64,000 nucleotides of DNA from an uncultured Bacteroidia bacterium. Lineage in GTDB: Bacteria > Bacteroidota > Bacteroidia > NS11-12g > UBA955. The translations under genes were made by a program, and so were the position numbers. The stretch covers positions 526,004 through 590,003 of the forward strand of contig CALSPH010000002.1 of assembly GCA_943788195.1 (NCBI GenBank). Reading direction: 5' to 3'. Shown here piece by piece: positions 20,482-29,153 of this stretch (the first letter of the stretch is position 1; each line of letters begins with the position of its first letter). Under the pieces are notes generated by a model. That model did not search any database. It saw nothing but the letters and a program-made list of their open reading frames with translations, and was not told the origin of the DNA.

Positions 20482-21866
20482 TCTTTTATACTAAGTTCTG
20501 AGAAGCTGTACGGAAACTCCATACGAACAATGGGCTGATACCCTTGTGTGTCATTTTCATGCTCTAAATTACCAGGCCAGCTGAACACTCGGTAATGCTT
20601 TGTTTTTGGCGGTGCTTTTAGAATCTGAATACTTTCTTTTAGCTTGGTATACCCACTGTGATCATATTCCTGACTAAAGTTATATGGGAATTCTAAAACC
20701 ACGGGTGAAATGTCATGTGCATTCATATATGCAATCGTTTGCTCCGTGTTTTCAATATTTTGGCGATAGGATAAATCGGCATCAGAAATGGTGTCAGATC
20801 TAAACATATCCCATTGACCTACATTTAAAACCAAGGCCAGGCAAGTTAAAGCCCAAATCCATTTAACCTCACTTTGCCCTTTGATAAAGATGATACTAAA
20901 TATTAAGACCCAAACTACTACAGGAAAAATCAGATACCGTTCAATTGGATGGCTTAGAATGGCAGAAGCCAAACAAAAGCTAACAATCAGGAAAAGACCC
21001 ATTTTTAGGTAAAGTATTATTTCTTTACGCTTTTTAGTAATAGTATAAATTAAAATAGCCCCCGTTAGTAGAAATCTATTCTGACCAAAAAAAACAAACC
21101 TTAGTGTCCCGATAAACTTATGATAAAAGCCATCTAAGCTCGAGGTTGTTTTCCCTAAATTGGTTGGAGACAGATAGAACCCCATCTGTTCATTTTGCAC
21201 CCAAATAAAGGTTAAGAATGTAATTACAGGCAAGGTTAAATAGGCAATACTACCCAGCATTCGTTTTGCAGTGATTTCCCTCTTATAGTAATGATATATC
21301 GCTATGCAAGGCAAAAGACAAACCAAAAACATTCCGGTTTCTTTGGTTAGCACAGCTAAGGAAGTAATCAATGCCGCAGCTAAGTATTTCTTGTGCCATG
21401 CAAATAAAATGGCAAGACCCATCCATATCAACAAAAGCATTTCAGAATGCACCATGTAGCTCTGTGTTAAGAAAACAGGTTGCACCAATAACATGGTTAT
21501 TAAGAGGGACAATTCCATCCTTTTAAATGCATAATACTTCTTAAAATAGAAGGCAAGCATACCTATTCCAATTAGGGTTAAGATAAGCGCAGCTGTATGT
21601 AAACCTAACGGATTAAACCCAAATATGTGTGCAAGGGGCGCCATAACAACCGTATGCATTTGAGGATGACCAAAAGTGTACTTATAAGGCGTGGCGTTGG
21701 GTGACAATGAAATACCATTTTCAACTTGATGACGAATTGCCGCACCATAGCCCCCTAATTCATCTGCATAAAAAGGTAAAGAAATTCCAGTAAAAATGAA
21801 GTAGCCGGCATAGGCCAGTGCCCCAATAATAAACAAGTAAATGAAAGTGCGTTTTAGCGCAGGCAT
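20478..21866 (-). CDS. GT-C-fold (ArnT/PMT-like) membrane glycosyltransferase family protein
   Basis: 462 aa with about 11 TM segments. Acidic FYADELGGYG motif in the first external loop and a soluble C-terminal domain. Assignment is by architecture, not by search. Confidence 0.6.
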   Translation of the reverse strand: MPALKRTFIYLFIIGALAYAGYFIFTGISLPFYADELGGYGAAIRHQVENGISLSPNATPYKYTFGHPQMHTVVMAPLAHIFGFNPLGLHTAALILTLIGIGMLAFYFKKYYAFKRMELSLLITMLLVQPVFLTQSYMVHSEMLLLIWMGLAILFAWHKKYLAAALITSLAVLTKETGMFLVCLLPCIAIYHYYKREITAKRMLGSIAYLTLPVITFLTFIWVQNEQMGFYLSPTNLGKTTSSLDGFYHKFIGTLRFVFFGQNRFLLTGAILIYTITKKRKEIILYLKMGLFLIVSFCLASAILSHPIERYLIFPVVVWVLIFSIIFIKGQSEVKWIWALTCLALVLNVGQWDMFRSDTISDADLSYRQNIENTEQTIAYMNAHDISPVVLEFPYNFSQEYDHSGYTKLKESIQILKAPPKTKHYRVFSWPGNLEHENDTQGYQPIVRMEFPYSFSELSIKD

Positions 21867-21870
21867 GTCA

Positions 21871-23097
21871 TTAGACTAAGAGTGTTACAGGATCTTCCAA
21901 TAAAGCCTTGAAGCTTTTGAGGAATCCTGAACCAACCGCTCCATCCACTGCCCTATGATCACAAGATAAAGTAACTTTCATCACCTTGGTTGGACGAATT
22001 TCTCCATCAATTACTCCTGCGATATCTTTCACTGTGCCCACTGCCATAATACATGCATCTGGCGGATTAACAATAGCTGTAAATTCTTCAATGCCAAACA
22101 TTCCTAGGTTGCTAATAGTAAATGTATTACCTGCCCAATCTTCAGGTTGCAATTTTTTATCTTTCGCTTTGGCACTATACTCCTTAACCTCTGCACTAAT
22201 TTGACTTAGTGATTTATTATCTGCAAAGCGCACAACAGGCACAAGCAAACCTTCATCTACTGCCATGGCAACACCAATATGAATATGGTGATTAATACGT
22301 ATTCGGTCTCCTAACCAAGAAGAATTCACTTTGGGATTTTGCTTCAAGGCAGCTGCAGCTGCCTTGATAATTAAATCATTCATTGAAATCTTAACAGGAG
22401 CCATCTCATTCATACGTTGCCGAGCCGCAACTGCCCTGTCCATATTAATTTCCATGGTAAGGTAGAAATGCGGTGCAGCAAATTTGCTCTCACTTAGACG
22501 CTTGGCAATGGTCTTACGCATTTGTGACAGTTGAATATCTTCGAAGGACTCTTGTCCTACTTGCACAGCAGCGCCTGCGGCAGCTGGAGTATAATTTTCT
22601 ATATCTAATTTAATTATTCTGCCTCCATCTCCTGAACCGCTAATTGAATTTAGGTTGATTCCTTTTTCTTCGGCCATTTTCTTAGCTAATGGACTTGCTT
22701 TCAAACGTCCTGTATCCGGATCAGCAGCAATTACTTGTGGAGTACCTACCAATGGTTCTGGTATCGATTTGCTATCAACAGTTGTTTTCTCTTCAACGAT
22801 AGCCTCCATGTCATTTTTTGCAGCTGGTGCAGCCACAAGAAGATCTTCAAATTTTTCTCCTTTTTTGCCCACTATCGCAACAACTCCGTCAACCGGAATT
22901 GCCTCACCTGCGCCTACAGCTAGGTGTAATATTTCACCTTTGTCATAGTTCTCCAAGTCCATGGTAGCCTTATCTGTTTCAACCTCTGCTAAAATATCTC
23001 CTGAGCTAACCTGATCTCCCACCTTCACATTCCAATCTACTATGACACCTTCGGTCATAGTATCACTCATCTTGGGCATTTTTACTGCTATCGCCAT
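21871..23097 (-). CDS. Dihydrolipoamide acyltransferase (E2) of a 2-oxoacid dehydrogenase complex
   Basis: Lipoyl domain with ETDKATMDLE, a peripheral-subunit-binding domain (ASPLAKKMAEEKGINL) and the catalytic motif SCDHRAVDGA. Confidence 0.93.
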   Translation of the reverse strand: MAIAVKMPKMSDTMTEGVIVDWNVKVGDQVSSGDILAEVETDKATMDLENYDKGEILHLAVGAGEAIPVDGVVAIVGKKGEKFEDLLVAAPAAKNDMEAIVEEKTTVDSKSIPEPLVGTPQVIAADPDTGRLKASPLAKKMAEEKGINLNSISGSGDGGRIIKLDIENYTPAAAGAAVQVGQESFEDIQLSQMRKTIAKRLSESKFAAPHFYLTMEINMDRAVAARQRMNEMAPVKISMNDLIIKAAAAALKQNPKVNSSWLGDRIRINHHIHIGVAMAVDEGLLVPVVRFADNKSLSQISAEVKEYSAKAKDKKLQPEDWAGNTFTISNLGMFGIEEFTAIVNPPDACIMAVGTVKDIAGVIDGEIRPTKVMKVTLSCDHRAVDGAVGSGFLKSFKALLEDPVTLLV

Positions 23098-23234
23098 TGA
23101 TTTTCTTCTTTTAAATCTGGCACAAAAATATCATTTGAACCACATTAAGCCAAACAAATTTTAGTTTGTTGGTTTATTTACCCCCCAAAGATCAAATTAT
23201 TACATCCCTAGGACGATATTCAAACAAGTAATGC

Positions 23235-23242
23235 TAAATTTG
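23235..23242 (+). promoter_or_regulatory. -7 promoter box TAAATTTG
   Basis: Exact TAnnTTTG match 20 nt upstream of the TTG start at 23262. Confidence 0.4.
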
Positions 23243-23261
23243 CTTCCCTAATAATAGTACT

Positions 23262-24782
23262 TTGAATTTAGAAAAATACTTTGAAAAGTATGCCCTCAAT
23301 ATCAGCGGTCATGATGCAGTAATTAAAACCCCATATGGGACTAAAAAACTGATTTATGCAGATTGGACTGCAAGTGGAAGGGAGTACAGCCCTATTGAAC
23401 ACCTACTTGTGAACAAAATAGGTCCATACATTGGCAATACGCATACTGAAACCTCTTTTACTGGATCAGTAATGACGAAGGCGTATGCCAAGGCAAAGAA
23501 GACTATAAAAGACCATGTTCATGCCAACGAAGACGATGTTCTGCTATTTTGTGGTAGCGGTATGACCGGTGCCATTAACAAGCTTCAACGAATGCTCGGA
23601 ATACGTTACCCCGAGCGGGTAAAATCATTTACTCGCAGAAAAAATCCACTAGTGCAATTTTTATCAGGTATACGTGTGCCTAAGCATATGCGACCTGTTG
23701 TGTTTATAAGTCATATGGAACATCACTCCAATCACACCTCTTGGTTAGAAACGATTGCGGATGTTGAAATAGTTCGATGCAATGCGGAAGGATTGGTTTG
23801 TTTAGAAACTTTTGAAAAGACCGTTGCCAAATATAAACACAGAAAGTTAAAGATCGCTTCTATTACTGCTTGCTCTAATGTTACAGGTATTATTACACCT
23901 TATCATGAAGTTGCAGAAATCATTCATAAATACAATGGCTATTGTATTGTAGATTTTGCCTGTTCAGCTCCCTATGTTCAAATAGATATGCATCCAGAAA
24001 ATGAAGCACAATGTTTAGATGCAATTTGTTTCTCACCACATAAATTCTTAGGCGGCCCAGCCACACCAGGGGTATTAATTTTTAATAAAAAATTGTACTT
24101 AAATTCTGTGCCAGACAACCCAGGAGGTGGCACTGTTTTATATACTACCCCTTGGAAATTTCATGCGTATATTGAAGATGTTGAAGAGAGAGAAGATGGT
24201 GGAACCCCTCCATTCTTACAAGGTATTAAAACAGCTATGGCTGTTAAATTGAAAGAAAAAATGGGTATGAAAAACATCAAGGATCGAGAAAAAGAACTTA
24301 CACAAATGGTGTTTGATTTCACAGATATACATCCGAAAATCAATATCCTTGCTGACCATATAAAAGACCGATTGCCCATTTTTAGTTTTATTATTGACGG
24401 AATCCATTACAATTTACTGGTACGTATTCTAAATGATCGCTTTGGCATCCAAATGCGCGGGGGCTGTGCGTGCGCAGGCACCTATGGCCATATTTTGCTT
24501 CATTTAAATCAAGATGAATCGATGCGGATTTATAACCAAATCATTGGAAATGACAACTCCGAAAGACCTGGTTGGGTTAGGATGTCTTTGCACCCAACGG
24601 TAAGCAATAAGGAGGTTCAATTTATCCTTGATGCGCTATGTAAAGTTGCAGATCGTATTGAAGAATGGGAAAAAGACTATACCTACGATAAAAGAAAAAA
24701 CAGCTTTTACCATAATACGAAACAATGCCAAGCTATAGAAAAAGAGCAGGTTGAAGAATGGTATAATGAAGTTTTAGCGTAA
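23262..24782 (+). CDS. Class V-fold PLP-dependent enzyme (NifS / cysteine desulfurase-like, long form)
   Basis: 506 aa. PLP-lysine motif SPHKFLGGP. C-terminal RGGCACAGTYG motif resembling NifS-like and MoCo-sulfurase-like proteins. TTG start. Confidence 0.8.
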   Translation: MNLEKYFEKYALNISGHDAVIKTPYGTKKLIYADWTASGREYSPIEHLLVNKIGPYIGNTHTETSFTGSVMTKAYAKAKKTIKDHVHANEDDVLLFCGSGMTGAINKLQRMLGIRYPERVKSFTRRKNPLVQFLSGIRVPKHMRPVVFISHMEHHSNHTSWLETIADVEIVRCNAEGLVCLETFEKTVAKYKHRKLKIASITACSNVTGIITPYHEVAEIIHKYNGYCIVDFACSAPYVQIDMHPENEAQCLDAICFSPHKFLGGPATPGVLIFNKKLYLNSVPDNPGGGTVLYTTPWKFHAYIEDVEEREDGGTPPFLQGIKTAMAVKLKEKMGMKNIKDREKELTQMVFDFTDIHPKINILADHIKDRLPIFSFIIDGIHYNLLVRILNDRFGIQMRGGCACAGTYGHILLHLNQDESMRIYNQIIGNDNSERPGWVRMSLHPTVSNKEVQFILDALCKVADRIEEWEKDYTYDKRKNSFYHNTKQCQAIEKEQVEEWYNEVLA

Positions 24783-24788
24783 CAATGC

Positions 24789-25448
24789 ATGATAGTAATT
24801 AAAGACCTTGGACTAGAAAAATATAATGAAGTCTGGAGCTATCAAAAAAAGTGGCTCAATGATTCCATTCTATCCAAGCAAGAAGGTCAAAAGGTCGCTG
24901 AGGAACTCATTTTTGTAGAGCATCCTCATGTATACACTTTTGGTAAACATGCGGACACTTCAAACTTGTTGGTTAACCAGACGTTCTTAAACCAGATCAA
25001 AGCAGAAACATTTCAAATTGAACGTGGTGGTGACATCACCTACCATGGACCCGGGCAATTGGTTGTGTACCCTTTGTTGGATTTAGAGCAACATAAAATG
25101 GGCATTAAAAAATATATTTTTAAGCTAGAACAAGTGATTATCGATACAATTTCAGAATATGGAATCATAGCTGATCGCATTGAAGGACGAACAGGTATAT
25201 GGCTGGACAAGGATGAACCTGCGGAGCGAAAAATTGCTGCAATTGGTATTAAATCAAGCAGGTACCTAACCATACATGGCCTGGCATTCAATATAAACAC
25301 AGACCTTTCCTATTTCAATCACATTATACCTTGTGGGATACAAGACAAGGGGGTAACAAGTTTGGCTCAAGAAATCGGGAAATCTGTGTCCATGCCAATC
25401 ATTATAGAACAATTCAAAACGCATTTTAAACGCTATTTTCAACTATGA
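24789..25448 (+). CDS. lipB: Octanoyl-[ACP]:protein N-octanoyltransferase
   Basis: RGGDITYHGPGQLVVYP, KIAAIGIK and PCG motifs characteristic of LipB. Confidence 0.92.
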   Translation: MIVIKDLGLEKYNEVWSYQKKWLNDSILSKQEGQKVAEELIFVEHPHVYTFGKHADTSNLLVNQTFLNQIKAETFQIERGGDITYHGPGQLVVYPLLDLEQHKMGIKKYIFKLEQVIIDTISEYGIIADRIEGRTGIWLDKDEPAERKIAAIGIKSSRYLTIHGLAFNINTDLSYFNHIIPCGIQDKGVTSLAQEIGKSVSMPIIIEQFKTHFKRYFQL

Positions 25449-27001
25449 ATATTATTTCACAAATCCTTGCATTGCCTTGGTGGGCTTGGTTATTAATACT
25501 ACTCGGATTAGTTGCCTTTCGCGACATTTTCCTCAACCGAAAACATGCAATAACCAAGAATTTCCCGGTGGTGGGTCATATCCGTTATTTTCTAGAAAAA
25601 TTTGGTCCAGAAATTCGTCAGTATTTTGTCGCCAATAATAGAGAGGAACTTCCATTTAATCGCAGTGAGCGGAGTTGGATTTATGCATCAAGCAAAAACC
25701 AGAACAATTATCAAGGTTTTGGTTCAGATATGGATTTTTATGCCCCCAATTATCATTTCATCAAACCCGCTATGATGTCTTTTGAGGTGGATGAAAATCA
25801 CATCAATTTCAAAGATGTTGATTTTATACCTTGTGCTAAAGTTATCGGTGCATACAACCAAAGAAAGCGCCCTTTTAGACCTCGATCTATTGTGAATATT
25901 TCTGCAATGAGTTATGGCAGTTTAAGTGCTGCTGCAATTAGTGCGTTAAACCTGGGCTCATTAAAATCAGGATGTTTCCATAATACAGGAGAAGGGGGCT
26001 ATTCCCCATACCATGACAAAGGTGGAGATGTGGTTTTTCAATTTGGAACAGGATACTTTGGGGTAAGAACTGAGGATGGGAATCTGAGTCTTGACAAGTT
26101 GGAAAAGGTGGTTGAAAATAATCAGAGTATACGTGCTATTGAAATAAAATTATCCCAAGGGGCAAAGCCGGGTAAAGGGGGTGTTCTTCCTGCTGCTAAA
26201 ATCTCCAAGGAAATATCTGAAATTCGTGGTGTCCCAATGGGCCAAGATGTGTTATCTCCTTCATTTCACAAAGCTTTTACGAACGTTCCTGAGTTAATGG
26301 TTCTTATTGAAAAAATAGCTGAGCGTACGGGTATTCCTGTGGGCATAAAATCAGCTATCGGAAAAATGGAAATGTGGGAAGAGCTCACAGATATTATGGT
26401 AAAGACCGGCAAGGGACCTGACTTTATTGCCATTGATGGTGGCGAAGGGGGAACAGGTGCTGCGCCTCCTGATTTTGCTGACCATGTTTCCTTACCATTT
26501 TTCTATGCCTTTAAAGCGGTTTATAAACTATTTCAAGAAAAGGGTCTTTCTGCTCGTGTAGTATTTATTGGAGCTGGGAAATTAGGCTTACCTGCACATG
26601 TGGTTAAGGCTATGGCTATGGGGGTAGATGTGGTTTATATTGCACGTGAAGCGATGATGGCCATTGGATGTATACAAGCACAAGTCTGCCATAAGAATAC
26701 CTGTCCTACTGGTGTGGCTACACAAAACAAATGGTTGACCAAAGGATTGGATGTTCCACTTAAATCGGATCGATTTGCCAGTTATGCGAAAGTATTGAGA
26801 AAAGAAGTGCTGCAAATAACGCACGCAGCTGGATACGAGCATCCTTGTCAATTTCAGGGCACGGATATATCGATCAACCTTGGAGATAATATGGAAATTG
26901 CCGATTTAAACACTATTCTGGGTTATGATAAAGAACCCAGCAAATTTGAAGGCATGAATACATTTGTAAACTGCCCGCATATAGGTAAACAAGTAAGCTA
27001 G
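25445..27001 (+). CDS. FMN-binding glutamate synthase (GltS domain-2-like) family protein with N-terminal membrane anchor
   Basis: 518 aa. N-terminal TM segment (LPWWAWLLILLGLVAF). GGEGGTGAAP FMN-domain motif. Its ATG overlaps the lipB stop (ATGA). Confidence 0.85.
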   Translation: MNIISQILALPWWAWLLILLGLVAFRDIFLNRKHAITKNFPVVGHIRYFLEKFGPEIRQYFVANNREELPFNRSERSWIYASSKNQNNYQGFGSDMDFYAPNYHFIKPAMMSFEVDENHINFKDVDFIPCAKVIGAYNQRKRPFRPRSIVNISAMSYGSLSAAAISALNLGSLKSGCFHNTGEGGYSPYHDKGGDVVFQFGTGYFGVRTEDGNLSLDKLEKVVENNQSIRAIEIKLSQGAKPGKGGVLPAAKISKEISEIRGVPMGQDVLSPSFHKAFTNVPELMVLIEKIAERTGIPVGIKSAIGKMEMWEELTDIMVKTGKGPDFIAIDGGEGGTGAAPPDFADHVSLPFFYAFKAVYKLFQEKGLSARVVFIGAGKLGLPAHVVKAMAMGVDVVYIAREAMMAIGCIQAQVCHKNTCPTGVATQNKWLTKGLDVPLKSDRFASYAKVLRKEVLQITHAAGYEHPCQFQGTDISINLGDNMEIADLNTILGYDKEPSKFEGMNTFVNCPHIGKQVS

Positions 27002-27055
27002 TTGGAGAATTTTGTAATTCTATCGGATTACCCAAACGCAACTTAATTTTTATTC

Positions 27056-27063
27056 TATCTTTG
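27056..27063 (+). promoter_or_regulatory. -7 promoter box TATCTTTG upstream of lemA
   Basis: Exact TAnnTTTG match. It contains the TTG that the ORF track used as the start (27061), so ATG 27091 is the more likely start. Confidence 0.45.
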
Positions 27064-27090
27064 AAATCAAACAATAAAAACCAAATAAAC

Positions 27091-27675
27091 ATGAAAAAAT
27101 TCGGAATAGTTATAGCCATTGTCACAATTCTTGTGATATGGGGAGTGAGTAAGTACAATGGTCTTGTCAAGATTGATGAGGATGTAAAAAAAGGGTGGAG
27201 TTTCGTTCAAACCCAATACCAACGTAGAGCTGATTTATACAAAAGTCAAGTAGATGTGGTTAAAGGAGCAGCGAAAAACGAAAAGGATATTTTAATCGGT
27301 GTTACCCGAGCAAGAGCTGGAATTGATGATGCAAAAAAAGGAATTGATAATGCCAAAACGCCTGCCGAGCTAGACAAATATATGGCTCAAGCGGAACAAG
27401 CAGCGTTGAACCTAAATATACAAATTGAAGCATATCCAACCATAACATCTACGGCTGCTTTTATTAAATTTCAAGATGAAATTAGTGGAACAGAGAATAG
27501 AATTTCTACTGCACGAGATGATTATAATGTTGTTGTAACCAAATACAATAAGCAAGTAAGAACTATTCCTACCAATTTATTTGCTAGCCTTTTTGGCTTT
27601 GATGTTAAAGAACAATTTGAGGCAAAAGAAGGATCTGAAGATGTTCCAGATGACACTAGCAAATTAAGCGAGTGA
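27091..27675 (+). CDS. lemA: LemA family membrane-anchored protein
   Basis: N-terminal TM segment (FGIVIAIVTILVIWG) and LemA-like motifs QYQRRADLY and YNKQVRTIPTNLFA. Confidence 0.88.
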   Translation: MKKFGIVIAIVTILVIWGVSKYNGLVKIDEDVKKGWSFVQTQYQRRADLYKSQVDVVKGAAKNEKDILIGVTRARAGIDDAKKGIDNAKTPAELDKYMAQAEQAALNLNIQIEAYPTITSTAAFIKFQDEISGTENRISTARDDYNVVVTKYNKQVRTIPTNLFASLFGFDVKEQFEAKEGSEDVPDDTSKLSE

Positions 27676-28127
27676 GAATTTTCGGAAAAGCTAAAGAGAA
27701 TTTCTTCACAAAAAAAGAAGAGAAAAAAATCGTTTCAGCAATTCAGTTAGCTGAACTTAAAACTTCTGGAGAAATTCGGGTCCATTTGGACGAGGAACAA
27801 GTTGAAGGCATTAAGGAAAGGGCCGTTTATATTTTTGATAGTCTAGGAATGACTAAAACAAAAGAACGGAATGGCATTCTGATTTATCTCAACCCAAACA
27901 ATAAAAACTTCTTGGTAATGGGAGATCAAGGCATTCATGCTAAAGTGGGACAGGAGTTCTGGGAAAAAATAAGTCGTGAAATGAAAGCTCATTTTAAAAA
28001 CAAAGCATATACCCAAGGTGTGATTGAATCTGTAGAGGCAATAGGTATCGAGCTAAAAAAACATTACCCATACGATGCTAAAACGGATACGAATGAATTA
28101 GATGATGAAGTTAGCTATACGGTATAG
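27672..28127 (+). CDS. TPM domain-containing protein (short, no signal peptide)
   Basis: 151 aa TPM/DUF477-like protein (GEIRVHL..., ERNGILIYL...NFLVMGDQGI). Its GTG start overlaps the lemA stop (GTGA). Confidence 0.7.
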   Translation: MRIFGKAKENFFTKKEEKKIVSAIQLAELKTSGEIRVHLDEEQVEGIKERAVYIFDSLGMTKTKERNGILIYLNPNNKNFLVMGDQGIHAKVGQEFWEKISREMKAHFKNKAYTQGVIESVEAIGIELKKHYPYDAKTDTNELDDEVSYTV

Positions 28128-28872
28128 TTTAGTATTAATCCTTGTTCTTGGATGGTTTCAACTCTTTGGAGTGGAACGCAAACCGATTCCCGATCCAACA
28201 TCTTGGGGCTATATAAATGATTATGCAAACGTACTCACAGAAGAAGAAGAAAAAGCGCTTTTTAACACTTTGCAATCTTATGAGGATAGTACCTCAACAC
28301 AAATTGCAGTGATCATTGAAAAAGAGCTTTTTGGCAGAGATCCATTTGATCGTGCCATGGATTTTGCCCGACCTGATAATAATAAAAAGTGGGGTGTTGG
28401 TCAAAAAGGTAAGAATAATGGCATTGTGATGTACTTTGCCATGGATGAGCGCAAGATATTCATTGTTACGGCTGATAAAACCCAAGGCAACCTCCCAGAT
28501 GGTTTACTAGGAAGCATCATCCGAAAAAATATAACACCCTATTTCAAACAAGGCGATTATTATGCTGGGATTAATTCAGGTATTCAAAAAATTATATTGG
28601 CCATGGTAGGCGAATTCGAGAATGACGGAAACCCTGACGGTTCATCCATTTTCCCAATCATCTTGTTTATTCTTTTAATTATTCTCATCCTATACTTAGC
28701 CTCTAAAGGTAAAGGTGGTGGCGGTGGTTACCATAGAAAAGGAACCTATTGGTTTCCTACAGGCAACCTGGGCGGTGGCGGCTGGTCAGGCGGTGGTGGT
28801 GGCAGTGGCGGATTCGGTGGATTCGGAGGAGGTGGAGGATTCAATGGTGGCGGAGCTGGCGGTGGCTGGTAG
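28102..28872 (+). CDS. TPM domain-containing protein, YgcG-like (signal peptide, TPM domain, TM segment, glycine-rich tail)
   Basis: Signal-like N-terminus, then a TPM core (INDYANVLTEEEEKAL...STQIAVIIEK...NNGIVMYFAMDERKIFIV). A TM segment follows (IFPIILFILLIILILYLA), then a GGGGW/GGFGG tail. Confidence 0.8.
   Translation: MMKLAIRYSLVLILVLGWFQLFGVERKPIPDPTSWGYINDYANVLTEEEEKALFNTLQSYEDSTSTQIAVIIEKELFGRDPFDRAMDFARPDNNKKWGVGQKGKNNGIVMYFAMDERKIFIVTADKTQGNLPDGLLGSIIRKNITPYFKQGDYYAGINSGIQKIILAMVGEFENDGNPDGSSIFPIILFILLIILILYLASKGKGGGGGYHRKGTYWFPTGNLGGGGWSGGGGGSGGFGGFGGGGGFNGGGAGGGW
28708..28869 (+). repeat. GGN-rich low-complexity coding tract (Gly-rich C-terminal tail of the YgcG-like protein)
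   Basis: Runs of ggt/ggc/gga codons encode GGGGGY...GGGGWSGGGGGSGGFGGFGGGGGFNGGGAGGGW. This is coding low complexity, not an array. Confidence 0.9.
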
Positions 28873-28951
28873 TAATCAACCATAGATTCAAGATAAAAAA
28901 CAAATGATTTATTGTATGATTTGAAAGGTTGAACCTTGATTCAATTTTCCA

Positions 28952-28959
28952 TATCTTTG
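28952..28959 (+). promoter_or_regulatory. -7 promoter box TATCTTTG with upstream TTG, not followed by any ORF
   Basis: Exact TAnnTTTG match. A TTG at 28929-28931 lies about 20 nt upstream. The next 190 nt have no credible ORF. Confidence 0.45.
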
Positions 28960-28965
28960 CATCAT

Positions 28966-29151
28966 AAGGTCGGTGTATAATTGAAAAAATTAACACTTTT
29001 TAATTACCGACTCAACCGCTTTATCAAAACAAGGCTTTTTTACCTTCGAGGGATTTTTCTGCTTGCAGAAAGACGTTAGACTGTTGCGATGCTTGTGGAG
29101 GTCAAATCCTATTTTTTACGGAATTTTTTCTCGGCACCGACCTTATTTTTT
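28966..29151 (+). ncRNA. Candidate structured small RNA (~185 nt; 6S-like extended helix, family unassigned)
   Basis: AAGGTCGGTG (28966-28975) is perfectly complementary to CACCGACCTT (29135-29144), which is followed by T6 (29146-29151). A second co-linear helix pairs GAAAAAATT (28983-28991) with AATTTTTTC (29122-29130). An internal hairpin is TTTCTG-CTTG-CAGAAA (29056-29071). It lies in an ORF-free gap between convergent 3' ends. Confidence 0.4.
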
Positions 29152-29153
29152 AT

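Noticed and set aside
23118-23133. Sigma-54-like element TGGCAC-N5-TATCA upstream of the PLP-enzyme gene. It drew attention because rpoN is in the window.
   Set aside because: The -12 element lacks the essential GC (TATC instead of TTGC). A good sigma-70-type TAAATTTG box lies closer to the start codon.
28708-28869. Dense GGT/GGC/GGA repetition that could be mistaken for a tandem repeat or array.
   Set aside because: It is in frame within the YgcG-like ORF and encodes a Gly-rich tail. There is no spacer-repeat periodicity.
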